Source: Eledone cirrhosa (taxonomy: Eukaryota). From it: a stretch of 64,000 nucleotides of DNA. The position numbers and the translations under genes are program-made. The notes beneath the pieces were generated by a model that was given only the letters and a program-made list of their open reading frames with translations, ran no database searches and was not told the origin of the DNA. Positions 1 through 11,797 of the stretch are shown one piece after another. How positions within the stretch are numbered: position 1 is the stretch's first letter; each line of letters opens with the position of its first letter. The stretch is from NCBI GenBank assembly GCA_964016885.1, contig OZ024743.1, positions 226,610,001-226,674,000 on the forward strand, in the 5' to 3' direction.

Positions 1-742
1 AGATACTGCAGGCAGTATTTGCTATCGTAATTGCGGATGATGAAACAGTAAATGAATTATACAATAAATATTTTAATTGATTTATTATTCATGAACAAAT
101 ATCAAGGCTAACTTATTTGCGAATGTATGAAGATGTATAAAAACAGATACGAAAATGCCAAAACAGAAAGAGAACACCTCATATACAGAGTCACACCGAA
201 AATATTGCAATACCAATAACGTCACATAAAATCAAAGATGACCTACAGCAATCTAAGGAAAGCATTAAACCAGAATTTTTGTTTTTTTTGTTTTTTGTCC
301 TGCAGGGCCTCCAAAATCAACTACATACAAAATACATATGTCATTAGAAAAGAAATATATCATCACAATAGCAGCAAACAGAAATACAATGGAGGAAACA
401 CACACAAAATAAAAATGACAATATTAAGTAAAACGCAACGCAAAAAACAAACAAGACATTACGACAAACATAATAAAACAACACAAATCCATTATATAAA
501 TAAATATAACAATATATTGCTGACGAAGTAAATGCCTTATTTTATGGCAGAAGTATTCGCACATACTAACGGATTGAACCTTGCACCTGTTGCCGTAGTA
601 TATGCATTTGTACAAACCCATATTGGGTTCCGGATTCTTAGTGCTACTGCTTCGTTATGAATATACATTTTGTAAACACTCCGAGTGTTTTGATCACAAC
701 TTCGTAGCCAAGACTACGGAAAACAGTTTCCTATCGTCTTAG

Positions 743-774
<32 letters not shown>

Positions 775-787
775 GGGGGGGGGGGGG

Positions 788-901
788 GTTAACCACAGTA
801 AGGTACTCAATACATAGCAGGGTATATAGAAATGGCTTCTACAGGACTAGATGATTTCTCCCGAATGAAACAATTCTAGTCCTGTAGAAGCCATTTCTAT
901 A

Positions 902-905
<4 letters not shown>
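788..905. repeat. Hairpin-containing short interspersed repeat next to (TA)n (relatives at 1520-1588 and 11624-11740)
   Basis: atagaaatggcttctacaggactaga (826-851) is inverted at 875-900. The same core and loop (atttctcccgaatgaaaca) recur at ~1520-1588. The flank ttaaccacagtaaggtac..aatacatagcagggt recurs reverse-complemented at ~11676-11712. Confidence 0.7.
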
Positions 906-943
<38 letters not shown>

Positions 944-1771
944 TATCGATAATGTATATATATATATATATGTATATATATGATGGCTGCCCCCTCGTTA
1001 TCGAGCATGGCCATTGCACGATATACCATTATTAATAATAATTAATTAATTCTATAGTGCAATGCCTGTGCGTGAAGATATTTTTTAAAGTGAGGAAAGG
1101 CTGAGCCAATCCCACTCTCTGAGCGACAGTAACTATAACCAGAAAAGAAGAAAAGATCCACATAATCGATAACTACTGAGCCGCAGGTATTATTTGGGAG
1201 TTATCCCAGTTTCCTGAGTTGCCTCCTCCTACATGAATGCCCTGACAATTGCTATGGACCCTTCACTCCCAGTAGTTTAACCGCGCGATTGGGTGTCCAG
1301 ACCGTCTATTTCTATGTCCCCGCGCATATACACACACATGCCCCCTGTATATACACATATACATACATGTGTATATACATATTTACACACTTTTGGATGG
1401 CCGTTGACTCTTATGAGTTCTTCCGCCCTTTGTCAGGTTTTGTTTTTTGTCCTGCGGGGTCTCCAAAATCACCCTCCTCACTAAGTAAACTTGGGGAGGT
1501 TGCCGGGTTAGTCGCTGACGAAATAGCTTCTACAGGACTAGAACATTTCTCCCGAATGAAACAGTTCCTTTTCACGTAGAAGCTATTTATTTATATACAT
1601 ATATATATAAATCGTATGGGGAATGAGATTTTAATATATTTCATATAAAATAATGCAGCCGATTATCCACACAACGTTTGATTGGGAATATACTCCGGTA
1701 TTTCCGAACGTTTGTTGAGTGGGGGAGAAATTGGTCGGTGTATCGCTGATAGCTTTCTCCGTTGATGTATT

Positions 1772-1829
<58 letters not shown>

Positions 1830-1862
1830 CATACATATAAATATATAAATATATATATATAT

Positions 1863-1950
<88 letters not shown>

Positions 1951-2117
1951 CCCGTATGACTTTAAAACCCGGTTCGTCTGTGTGTTTACATACAGACTAG
2001 CTGGACACTCACTGCAAAGTGTCTAGTGAAAAGCTCGGTACATGTACATATGTATACATATGTGTATTTATATGCATACTAATAATTCCGTATACATATG
2101 TAGATGTACACTTTAAC

Positions 2118-2186
<69 letters not shown>

Positions 2187-2246
2187 TGAAATCGAAAATG
2201 CAACTGGAGTCTTATTTTAAAAAATATATATATATTTATTTGGTTC

Positions 2247-2282
2247 CTTTACCGGTTTCGCAGTTCTTCTACTTTTCAAAAG
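2247..2282 (-). ncRNA. Degenerate minimal hammerhead ribozyme relic
   Basis: Minus strand reads CTT-TTGAAAA-GTAG-aagaa-CTGC-GAAA-CCGG-TA-AAG: stems I, II and III are recognisable, but the core differs from CTGAnGA at two positions. Confidence 0.5.
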
Positions 2283-2356
2283 TAGAGTTGAGATGGAGAG
2301 TCTGTGGTTTTTCTCACATCTGTATATATATACAATATATATATACAATATATTAA

Positions 2357-2537
2357 TTGTTTCTACTTTAGGCACAAGGCCTGCAATTACCCAGTGAATT
2401 ACTGGTACTTTATTTTATCGACCCTGTAAGGATGAAAGGCAAAGTCAACCTCGGCGGGATTTGAACTTAGATCGTAAAGGGACGTAACTATGCTGGAAAG
2501 CAAGGCGTCCGACTCTCTACGGATACTGCCAATCCAC
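2357..2537 (-). mobile_element. tRNA-derived Nin-domain-like SINE (left-arm copy)
   Basis: Reverse complement of the SINE at 5980-6165; contains ttttatcgaccc..aaggatgaaaggcaaagt and a B-box-like gatttgaact. Confidence 0.85.
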
Positions 2538-2563
2538 GGAAACTATAATTATAAAACCATAAT

Positions 2564-2628
2564 TATGTTATTATATATATTTCAAGGGCAACCAAGGTAA
2601 TCTTGGTGCGCTTTCATCAGATAAAATA
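2564..2628 (-). ncRNA. Minimal type I hammerhead ribozyme (intact core)
   Basis: Minus strand: TATTTTAT-CTGATGA-AAGCGCACCAAG-attac-CTTGGTTGCCCTT-GAAA-T-ATAT-A-TA-ATAACATA. Confidence 0.8.
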
Positions 2629-4100
2629 CAACATTTGTTTAATAAATAGTGACATAACTGCGAAAGACAACCTTGTCGGTTGAAAATTCGGTGGATAGTG
2701 AAACATTTTATTAAGGGTAATTCAAAGTTCTGTGTGAATATGCAAATGAATGTCCGAAAAAATTGAAAAAAAAACAATCGTTTATTTAAATTACGCTGTG
2801 GGAAGAAGAGAGAGAAATGAAAAGAAAAGAAAATATTAGTATATGTATAAATAGAGTGAAGAAATAGAGTGAAGAAAGAGCGAAGAAAAAAGCTTATCCG
2901 AGGATGAGTTCATATAACGTAAATAAGTCTTATGTTTATGTTACATATTTATGTTATGTATATTTACTAATAATTAGTAGAATGCTATTATAATAAATAT
3001 TTATTTACTATTATAAGTATATAGAAAATTAGATATATAGAAAAATATATTAAAATATATTAAGTTATATTAAAATATAGTAAAATATAGTAAAATATAT
3101 AAACAAATATATTTAAAATAAATATGAAGTAGAAGCATAGGATAAACTATAGATATAAGAATAGATATAAGGATAGATATAAGGATAGATATATGAGTGG
3201 ATAGATGGGTATATCATGTTATAGATGATAAATTATGAGGGATACTAGTTTATATTTAGTGTAAGTATTTAAATTATATTAAATTAAATTAACTGAGTTA
3301 ATAAGATTACCTATATGTTTTTAATGTTTTACATTGGAAAAATATTGAAAAACCCAGTTTTGTTTATTTATTAGTTATTATGAGATAATTTTGACAAAGA
3401 TATGTTTTAAAATATATTTAGCCAGAGTTAGTTATTGGTTATAACTCTAATATTAAATAATTATTAAAAAAAAAAAATTTAAAATTATTAAAAGAATAAG
3501 CAAATACTAAAACCATTTAAAAATTAAGACTATAAAATATTAACAATTCTAGACAAAATTTTTGAAAATTCCTGGAAAAACTTTCCAAGAAATTTTTAAA
3601 AGATCTCAAAAAATCTCCGAAGATACTCAAAAACCTTTTAAAACCATATAAAAGGTGTTTAAAATTAAAAACCTAAACTTATTCAAGAAATATAATTAAA
3701 AACCTATAATTATTAAAAATATTAAGAAATATTAAGAAATATTTAAAAATACTTAAAAATAATTAAAATATTTTAAAATATTTTAAAATATTAGAAAAAT
3801 GGTAAAAAAAAAAAATATGTTAAAAATATTAAGATGACCCAAATAATAGTTTTTTGGGAAAATAAGTAATTTAAAAAAAAAGTAATTTTCCTGAAAAGAT
3901 TATGAGATATTTTGGAAGTAAGATAAATAAAGATAAAAAATAAAGATATTTAAGAAGTAAAAATATTAAAAAATAAAGATTTAAGAAGTAAATTATATAT
4001 ATTTAAGAAAGAAAACGTATTAAAAATTAGAATTACATTAAATTTAAATTTAAAGATTTAGAATTTATGAACATATATGTATATAATTTAAGAAATGAGA

Positions 4101-4490
4101 TTATAGTTGTTTGGATAAAGTAAACATTATGTAGAGACGATTAAACGAGTAATTATATTTTATATATAGATCTAAAGTTGAGTCTTGGCGATGTTTACAA
4201 GAACAAAATAAATTGTTACGTAAATTAATAGAATTCTTACATTTAAGTATGAAGAAAATTTCCTCAACATATAAATTGCAAAATTTGGATAAAGCTATGT
4301 TTCTGTAAGCGGGTCCTTTTGAAATTATATTCCAAGTTAAAGAGTATTCTCTATTTTTGGATTTTAAGTTCCATATCAAGTTGGATAGAGAAGTTGAACA
4401 TTTTTTACCAATATTATTAAACGAGCATTTACGGTTATTGAAACGAGATTTAAAGGCTGTAGAAGTTGAGCCAACATAGTTAAAAATATT
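4101..4490 (-). pseudogene. PLE GIY-YIG endonuclease C-terminal fragment
   Basis: Reading upstream of ORF 4101..4379 gives NYVGSTSTAFKSRF (YIG motif plus catalytic R), then IWNLK..W.II....AY......CNL..EE......N.RN.LF..CKH, typical of the PLE endonuclease end. Confidence 0.85.
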
Positions 4491-5868
4491 ATCTTAAAAA
4501 AATTACTTATTTCCCCAAAAAAAGCATTTTTGGGGTCATCTTAATATTTTTAATATATATATATATTTTTTTTCTAGTATTTTTCTAATATTTTAAATAT
4601 TTTAAAATATTTTAAAATATTTTAAAATATTTTTAAATATTTTAAAGTATTTTTAAATATTTCTTAATATTTCTTAATATTTTTTAAATAATTTTAGGTT
4701 TTTAATTATATTTCTTGAATAATTTTAGGTTTCTAATTTTAAACACCTTTTAAATGGTTTTAACAGGTTTTTAAGTATCATCGGAGTCTTTTTGAGATCT
4801 TTTAAAAATCTCTTGGAAAGTTTTTCCAGGAATTTTCAAGAATTTTGTCTAGAATTGTTAATATTTTATAGTCTTAATTTTTAAATGGTTTTAGTATTTT
4901 CTTATACTTTTAATAATTTTTAATTTTTTAATTCTTTATAATTATTTAATATTAGAGTTATAACCAATAACTAACTCTGGCTAAATATATTTTTAAACAT
5001 ATCTTTGTCATAATTATCTCATAATAACTAATAAATAAACAAAACTGGGTTTTTCAATATTTTTACAATGTAAAACATTAAAAACATATAAGTAATCTTA
5101 TTAACTCAGTTAATTTAATTTAATATAATTTAAACACTAAATATAAACTCATATAACCTCATAATGTATCGTCTATAACATGATATACCCATCTATCCAC
5201 TATATAACTATCCTTAAATCTATCCTTATATCTAAAGTTTATCCTATGATTCTACTTCATATTTATTTTAAATCTATTTTTTTATATATTTTACTATATT
5301 TTAATATATTTTAATATATTTTAATATATCTTCATATATTTTAATATATCGTTATTTTTAATATATCTTTATTTTTTCTATATATCTAATTTTCTATATA
5401 CTTATAATAGTAAATAAATATTTATTATAATAGAATTCTAACAATTATTAGTAAATATACGTAGCATAAATATTTAACATAAACATAAGACTTATTTACG
5501 TTATATGAACTCATCCACGGATAAGCTTCTTTCTTCGCTCTTTCTTCACTCAATTTCTTCACTCTATTTATACATATACTAATATTTTCTTTTCTTTTCT
5601 TTTCTTTTCTTTTCTTTTCTTTTCTTTTCTTTTCTTTTCTTTTCTTTTCTTTGCTTTTCTTTTCTTTTCTCTCTCTTCTTTTTTCTCTCTCTTCTTCCCA
5701 CAGCGTAATTTAAATAAACGGTTGTTTTTTTCAATTTTTTCGGATATTCATTTGCATATTGACACAGAACTTTGAATTGCCCTCAATAAAACTTTTCACT
5801 ATCCACCTAATTTTAAACCGTCAAGGTTGTTTTCCACGGTTATGTCACTATTTATAAAACAAATTTTG

Positions 5869-5932
5869 TATTTTATCTAATGAAAGTGCACCAAGATTGC
5901 CTTTGTTCCCTTGAAATATATATAATGAAATA
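5869..5932 (+). ncRNA. Hammerhead ribozyme copy with mutated core (CTAATGA)
   Basis: TATTTTAT-CTAATGA-AAGTGCACCAAG..CTTTGTTCCCTT-GAAA-TATATA-TA-ATGAAATA; mirror of 2564-2628 with a G-to-A change at a conserved core position. Confidence 0.7.
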
Positions 5933-5979
5933 ATTATGGTTTTATATATATAGTTTCCATTTATTAATATATTGAATAT

Positions 5980-6165
5980 GGCGGTGGATTGACAGTATCG
6001 GTAGGGGGTCGGACGCCATGCTTTCCAGCATAGTTACGTCCCTTAACGATCTGAGTTCAAATCCCGCCGAGGTTGACTTTGCCTTTCATCCTTACGGGGT
6101 CGATAAAATAAAGTACCAGTAATGCACTGGGTAATTGCTGGCCTTGTGCCAAAAGTAGAAACAAT
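5980..6165 (+). mobile_element. Full-length tRNA-derived Nin-domain-like SINE with apparent target-site duplication
   Basis: Head ggcggtggattgacagtatcgg, B box gagttcaaatccc, core ctttgcctttcatcc..ggggtcgataaaataaagtaccag, tail gtagaaac. attaatatattgaatat occurs on both sides. Confidence 0.88.
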
Positions 6166-6291
6166 TAATATATTGAATATTTACTCCAGTAAACTGTTGA
6201 GCTTTCTATATCAGTTATAAACTTTTAAGTTTGGTGGAATCCCAACAAATTAAATATAGCTTCTGCATATATATATATATATATATATATA

Positions 6292-7245
6292 CGGGGTAAC
6301 ATATTATTGTTATAGGTAGTCCACTTAGGAGTAGTCAGTTAGGGTCCTCCGAATAGTGGATGATATCAACGCTTGGCTAAGTTTGACTCAACAAGGCGTT
6401 TCCATTGTGATGCTGCAAGTACGCGGTGATTTCTATGTTGTTAACACTTCGAGTAATGATAAATCAGGAAAGAAGAGTGACATGGTTTGCTATACAAAAA
6501 AGGTTTTTAATCTCATTGCTGACAATTGTTTCTCTGAACTGGTAGGTCTAGATATCGCTACCCCCTTGTTTTCACGTCATTCGATCACCAATACATAGTT
6601 GTAACGAATCAATTCATCAGAGCTTGCGAGAATGAAATGAATATACAGGCAAGTCTACTATATATAGTAATGGCATTCAATCAGAACAATAACAACAATA
6701 CTAACAATACTAGCAATAAATTATTTGAAATTATCATAACATCAATCTAAGTAGGAAACATAGTATATCTACGACTTTAGCGTGTAAAACTAGCTGACAT
6801 GAGGCAGATGTATGAAATTGACATGTAAAAGCTGTCATGGGGTGTATTATATAGAGTACACCCCATGACAGCTTTTACATGTCAATTTCATACATCTGCC
6901 TCATGTCAGCTAGTTTTACACACTAAAGTCGTAGATATACTGTTTCTCACTTAGATTTATGTTGTGATTATTTCAAATAATTTATTGCTAGCATTGTTAG
7001 TATTGTTGTTATTGTTGTGATTGAATGCCATTACTACTATATATAGTAGCCATGCCTGTATATTCCTTTCATTCTCACAAGCTCCGATGAATTGACTCGT
7101 TACAACTATATATTGGTGATCGAATGACGTGAAAACAAGCGGGTAGCGATCTCTAGACCTACCAGTTCAGAGAAACAATTGCCAGCAATGAGATTTAAAA
7201 CCTTTTTTGTATAGCTAACCGTATCACTCTTATTTCCTGATTTAT
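6292..7245. mobile_element. Non-coding fold-back element between (TA)n tracts (arms 6459-6846 and 6857-7245; left arm extended to ~6292)
   Basis: Centre gctgtcatggggtgta-ttatatagag-tacaccccatgacagc; arms reverse-complementary over ~390 bp; HHR-like motif in both arms. Confidence 0.85.
6512..6630 (-). ncRNA. Hammerhead-like motif with long stem II insert (decayed mirror copy at ~7074-7192, +)
   Basis: Minus: ctcgcaaGCT-CTGATGA-(~80 nt)-GAAA-C-AATT-G-TC-AGCaatgag. The base of stem II pairs poorly. The plus copy has CCGATGA and GCC at the cleavage site. Confidence 0.55.
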
Positions 7246-7271
7246 ATATAAATATATATATATATATAATC

Positions 7272-7337
<66 letters not shown>

Positions 7338-8149
7338 CAAGAGTAACCAGTCTAAAAGAGAGAGATGGAGATAGGTGAGGAGATAGGAGAGGAGAGATTG
7401 GTGAATTAGTTAGAAGCCAAAGCGTAAAGGCATGTGCTCAATGTGCAATATGCATTGGAAAGCAGCTAGATGGCTGGGTTCATGCAGAAGTTAGGCGCGC
7501 AGAGCTGGAAATATTCATTAGTTAAGCAAACCAAGAGCACACATTTCACAAGGAAGACATTATTAAAAGATTGTCAACATATTTTAGTTTGATGTAAGGA
7601 ATGTAGAGAATAATAATAATAATATTAATAATAATAATGTCCGTTTACAATTGTTTCGCTACTCCATATACTATTTCTGGATCAAATGACTATATACCAT
7701 TATTGATCTGGTTCAGTTGAAAATAATTAACATAATTAAATATAGAGTGGCTCATCGGAATTTCAAAGGAATATAAATTAAAATAAGGAAAGAATGTTAC
7801 ATAATGTAATGTTCCATATATTGGTATTACACTATGGTGTCCTGGGTGTATCAATTGTCTGCCATAATCAAGCAGTATTCTTCTGTCGAGGCTGCATTGT
7901 GTGAGATCTGCCTATGGGTAACAAGATGGCCGCCAATGGACATATTTACCTTACTAATTAGAGGGTGGTTTCAGGGGAAGTAACTCCTAGAGAGATTAGA
8001 AATTGTGGGTAGTTTATAGTTAATTGTTAATTTTTTAATTGAGAGACAATATAGGGGAGGTAACTTATAATTATCTAAGTTAGTTATATCTATTTAACTT
8101 ATTAGCTACAAGCAAAAATGGGGCTAGATGACTATGTTGGGTCAAATAT

Positions 8150-8993
8150 TCTGTTGGCGAAGGAATTAGCCCTTCGATGTTGACAGTTAATAGTTACCTC
8201 CGTTTTATCATTAATCGGTAGAGGTCATGATAGAGTTATGTAATAGGCTTCGGTAATACAGAGATCACAAGATTTTCTTCGTCGAATGAACGGTTGGGCC
8301 TTAGCTAAGATATCCCATGTTAGTAAGTGTTCAATGTTGGTTAATTTAAGGTTTTTAATGAGCCTAGCTAGAGATGTCGATCATCTGTTGTTAGGCTCTC
8401 GGAAGGAACAAGAGTGCGCGTTATAGCGTACCTTAAAAGGGTTAGAGGTAGACCCGATATAGGCGCTGGTATTCGGAGCAGTTTTAACCGTGCACCTATA
8501 GACTATGTTGGGTGTCAGGCAGTGTCCATTTAGTGAGCATGCATTAGGATACCGGCAGTTGCAGTTGCTTCTGCGGTTAGTGAGAGTAGGGTAGTTTAAC
8601 TTAAGCGGTTGGTCAGTGTTAGAAGGATTAGATGGGGGAGGTGTGCTACTAGAGTAAGTATTGGTGTAGTGTCCTGGTGTATTTGATAGGGATGGTGGTA
8701 CTGCGGTGTGGGAGTTATACTGTCTTAGTTTATGATCGTCTCTGTATATTCCGCCTTGCAAGGGTTGGATTTCGGCTTTGATGTTATGTAATAGGTAAAT
8801 TCCAACTAAATCGGTGATTTGCGCAGAGTCACTTGAGCCCATCGTGATGTCAAAGTTGTATGTTCTGTCTTTTTAAGTCCAGAGTGCTCTGTTGAATTCA
8901 ATGATGGTCTGCCTAGCCATAAGTATGATGTCAGTCTCATTATTGGTTATGTCCGAGTTGGTGCTGGCTAGGGTTAATGCTTTGTTGAGCATG
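8150..8993 (-). pseudogene. PLE reverse transcriptase fragment fused by internal deletion to Cys-rich linker and GIY-YIG endonuclease
   Basis: W.*K....FDITMGSSDSAQITDLVGIYLL...GGIYRDD (RT motifs), then CNC....C.LNGHCL..NIVYRC.V.......YIGST...FKVRY..H. Contains in-frame stops, and the RT thumb is missing. Confidence 0.9.
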
Positions 8994-9014
8994 CCACATC
9001 ACATTCAGTAACCA

Positions 9015-9615
9015 TCATAAACTAAGACAGTATAACTTCCACACCGCAGTACCACCACCACTATCAAATATACCACGCCACTACACCAATACTTACTCTA
9101 GTAGAACACCTCCTCCATCTAATCCTTCTAACACTGACCAACCGCTTAGGTTAAACTACCCTACTCTCACTAACCGCAGAAGCAACTGCAACTGCTGTTA
9201 CCCTAATGCATGCCCACTAAATGGACACTGCCTGACACTCAACATAATCTATAGGTGCACAGTTAAACTGCTTCGAATACCAGCTCCTATATCAGGTCTA
9301 CCTCTAACCCTTTTAAGGTACGCTATAACGCGCACTCTTTTTCCTTCCAAGACCCTAACAACAGATGTTCGACATCTCTAGCTAGTTTCATTAAAAACCT
9401 TAAATTAACCAACATTGAACACTCACTAACATGGGATATCTTAGCTAGGGTCCAACCGTTCAATGGACGAAGAAAATCTTGTGATCTCTGTATTACCGAC
9501 GCATACTACATAACTCTATCACGACCTCTACCAATTAACGATAGAACGGAGGTAAATATTAGCTGTCAACATCGAAGGGCTAATTCCTTCGCCAACAGAA
9601 TATTTGACCCAACAT
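9015..9615 (+). pseudogene. Inverted second copy of PLE linker and GIY-YIG endonuclease
   Basis: Reverse complement of ~8140-8735 with substitutions and indels (aactgcaactgc..tgcccactaaatggacactgcctg). Confidence 0.85.
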
Positions 9616-9987
9616 AGTAATCTAGTCCCATTTTTAGTTGTAGCTAATAAGTTAAATAGATATAACTAACTTAGATAATTATAAGTTACCTTCCCTACAT
9701 TGTATTTCAATTAAAAAATTCGCACTTAACTATAAACTACCCACAATTTCTAATCCCTCGAGGAGTTACTTCCCCTGAAACCACCCTCTAATTAGTAAGG
9801 TAAATATGTCCATTGGTGGCCATCTTGTTACCCATAGGCAGATCTGACACAATGCACCCTCGACAGAAGAATACTGCTTGATTATGGCAGACAATTGATA
9901 CACCCAGGACACCATAGTGTAATACCAATATATGGAACATTACATTATGTAACATTCTTTCCTTATTTTAATGTATATTCCTTTGGA

Positions 9988-10106
9988 GTTCCGATGAGCC
10001 GCTCTATCTTTAATTATGTTAATTATTTTCAACTGAACCGGATCAATAATGATATATAGTCATTTGATCCAGAAATATTATATGGAGTAGCGAAACAATT
10101 GTAAAC
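9988..10106 (+). ncRNA. Variant hammerhead ribozyme with ~90-nt stem II (mirror copy ~7643-7762, -)
   Basis: GTT-CCGATGA-GCCGCTCTAT...ATGGAGTAGC-GAAA-C-AATT-G-TA-AAC; both arms share CCGATGA instead of CTGATGA. Confidence 0.65.
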
Positions 10107-10253
10107 GCACATTATTATTAATAATATTATTATTATTCTCTACATTCCTTACATCAAACTAAAATATGTTGACAATCTTTTAATAATGTCTTCCTTGTGA
10201 AATTTGTGGTCATTATTTTCTTAACTAATGAATATATATATATATATATATAT

Positions 10254-10580
<327 letters not shown>

Positions 10581-10581
10581 G

Positions 10582-10612
<31 letters not shown>

Positions 10613-10657
10613 TATAAAAAGTTAACAAAGAAGCCTTCAATACATCAAAAGTTTTTA

Positions 10658-10700
10658 TTAGCCGACAATGTTTCGTCCTATTTAGGACTCATCAGGGCAA
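10658..10700 (-). ncRNA. Minimal type I hammerhead ribozyme
   Basis: Minus: TTGCC-CTGATGA-GTCCTA-aa-TAGGAC-GAAA-C-ATT-G-TC-GGCTAA. Confidence 0.85.
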
Positions 10701-11011
10701 GTAAAGCTACAAGAAGCACTAACAGCCAATACAAGCCAAAATCTCAGAAGAATAGGGAGTTTACATCTATTGAACCCACATTGCAAATACTGTATAATGC
10801 AAAAACGTTTTGCATTATACAGTATTTGCAATGCGGGTTCAACATGTTACTCACTTTCTTGCTATTTGGTCTATATCTATATTTGTAACTGCTCACTCAC
10901 AATCTTAGCAAACTTTTCCTTGATATCTTTCCTAAGTTTTAATAGATGTAAACTCCCTATTCTTCTGAGTTTTTGGCTTGTATTGGCCGTTAGTGCTTCT
11001 TGTAGCTTTAC

Positions 11012-11057
11012 TTGCCCTGATGAGTCCTTATTAATAGGACGAAACATTGTCGGCTAA
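11012..11057 (+). ncRNA. Minimal type I hammerhead ribozyme
   Basis: TTGCC-CTGATGA(11017-11023)-GTCCT-tattaat-AGGAC-GAAA-C-ATT-G-TC-GGCTAA; predicted cleavage after GTC at 11051. Confidence 0.88.
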
Positions 11058-11382
11058 TAAAGACTTTTGATGTATTGAAGGCTTCTTTGTTTATTTTTTA
11101 TAATTCTTCGGCTCCGTTTAATTACATTGAGCTATATCTTATACTGTCATTTCTATAATACGACGAGGGTGTTTAACTCCAACCCACTCTAGTATCTTAA
11201 TTCTTATTTTAATTCTTATATATATATATATATATATATAAAGGAGTTGATGGATCCAGCATGTTTAACAATGCCAGGACCAGTTGTATTTCAGCGTATT
11301 CAATAGATAATGTAGAACACATTCCAGACACATAGTTATTCGTTTCAATACAACACACACAAACAGGTGCCTATATTAGTTC

Positions 11383-11492
11383 CGGCACTCGAGTTTCGCC
11401 CACAATTAATGCAGCAGTAGGGTGCACTGCACACTCTGTCCGCATATATTATGCAAGAATGCATAATCAGCGCATGTGGATTCATCAGCGTG
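11383..11492 (-). ncRNA. Decayed hammerhead-like motif with long structured stem II
   Basis: Minus: CTGATGA-aTCCACA...(internal hairpin attatgca-ttct-tgcataat)...TGTGGGc-GAAA-C-TCGA-G-TG. Palindromic loop 3 is present but the cleavage triplet and stem I are non-canonical. Confidence 0.4.
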
Positions 11493-11753
11493 TATCGCTT
11501 AATCAATAACCAATCGATAGACAGAATTCAAACTCCAGTCCATGCTGGTCATGACTGTATGTGACGTTCGACACAGTAAAGTGATTAGCAACTGGAATCT
11601 GATACAATATATATAGAGAGAGCGAAATGGCTTCTACAGAACAAGGAATAAACCATTTCTATATTAAATACTTACACCCTGCTATGTATTGTGTACCTTA
11701 CTGTGGTTAACCCCGATTGAACCCGGGATAAACTTATTTATATATATATAATC

Positions 11754-11790
<37 letters not shown>

Positions 11791-11797
<7 letters not shown>

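Larger units (their letters stand above)
2347..6178. mobile_element. Large head-to-head fold-back Penelope-like element remnant (left arm ~2347-3880, spacer with endonuclease ~3880-4490, right arm ~4491-6178)
   Basis: Arms are visibly reverse-complementary (e.g. ttacgctgtgggaagaagagagagaaa ~2791 vs tttctctctcttcttcccacagcgtaa ~5682). The spacer encodes a GIY-YIG C-terminus and there is an HHR motif in each arm. Confidence 0.88.
7333..10232. mobile_element. Head-to-head fold-back Penelope-like (Neptune-type) retroelement remnant between (TA)n tracts (arms ~7511-8735 and ~9015-10232)
   Basis: Arms are reverse-complementary over ~1.2 kb, both contain endonuclease sequence, an RT fragment lies in the spacer, and each arm has an HHR. 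Confidence 0.92.
10611..11218. mobile_element. Miniature fold-back HHR element between (TA)n tracts
   Basis: 10611-10772 mirrors 10940-11104; inner hairpin 10770-10841 centred at ~10806; right arm extends to ~11218. Confidence 0.88.

Noticed and set aside
517-560. CTGACGA..TGCC/GGCA-GAAG
   Set aside because: The stem is offset from the core, GAAG replaces GAAA, and there is no stem I.
1129-1140. taactataac, resembling a conserved LSU rRNA motif
   Set aside because: Only ~10 nt match with no surrounding rRNA similarity.
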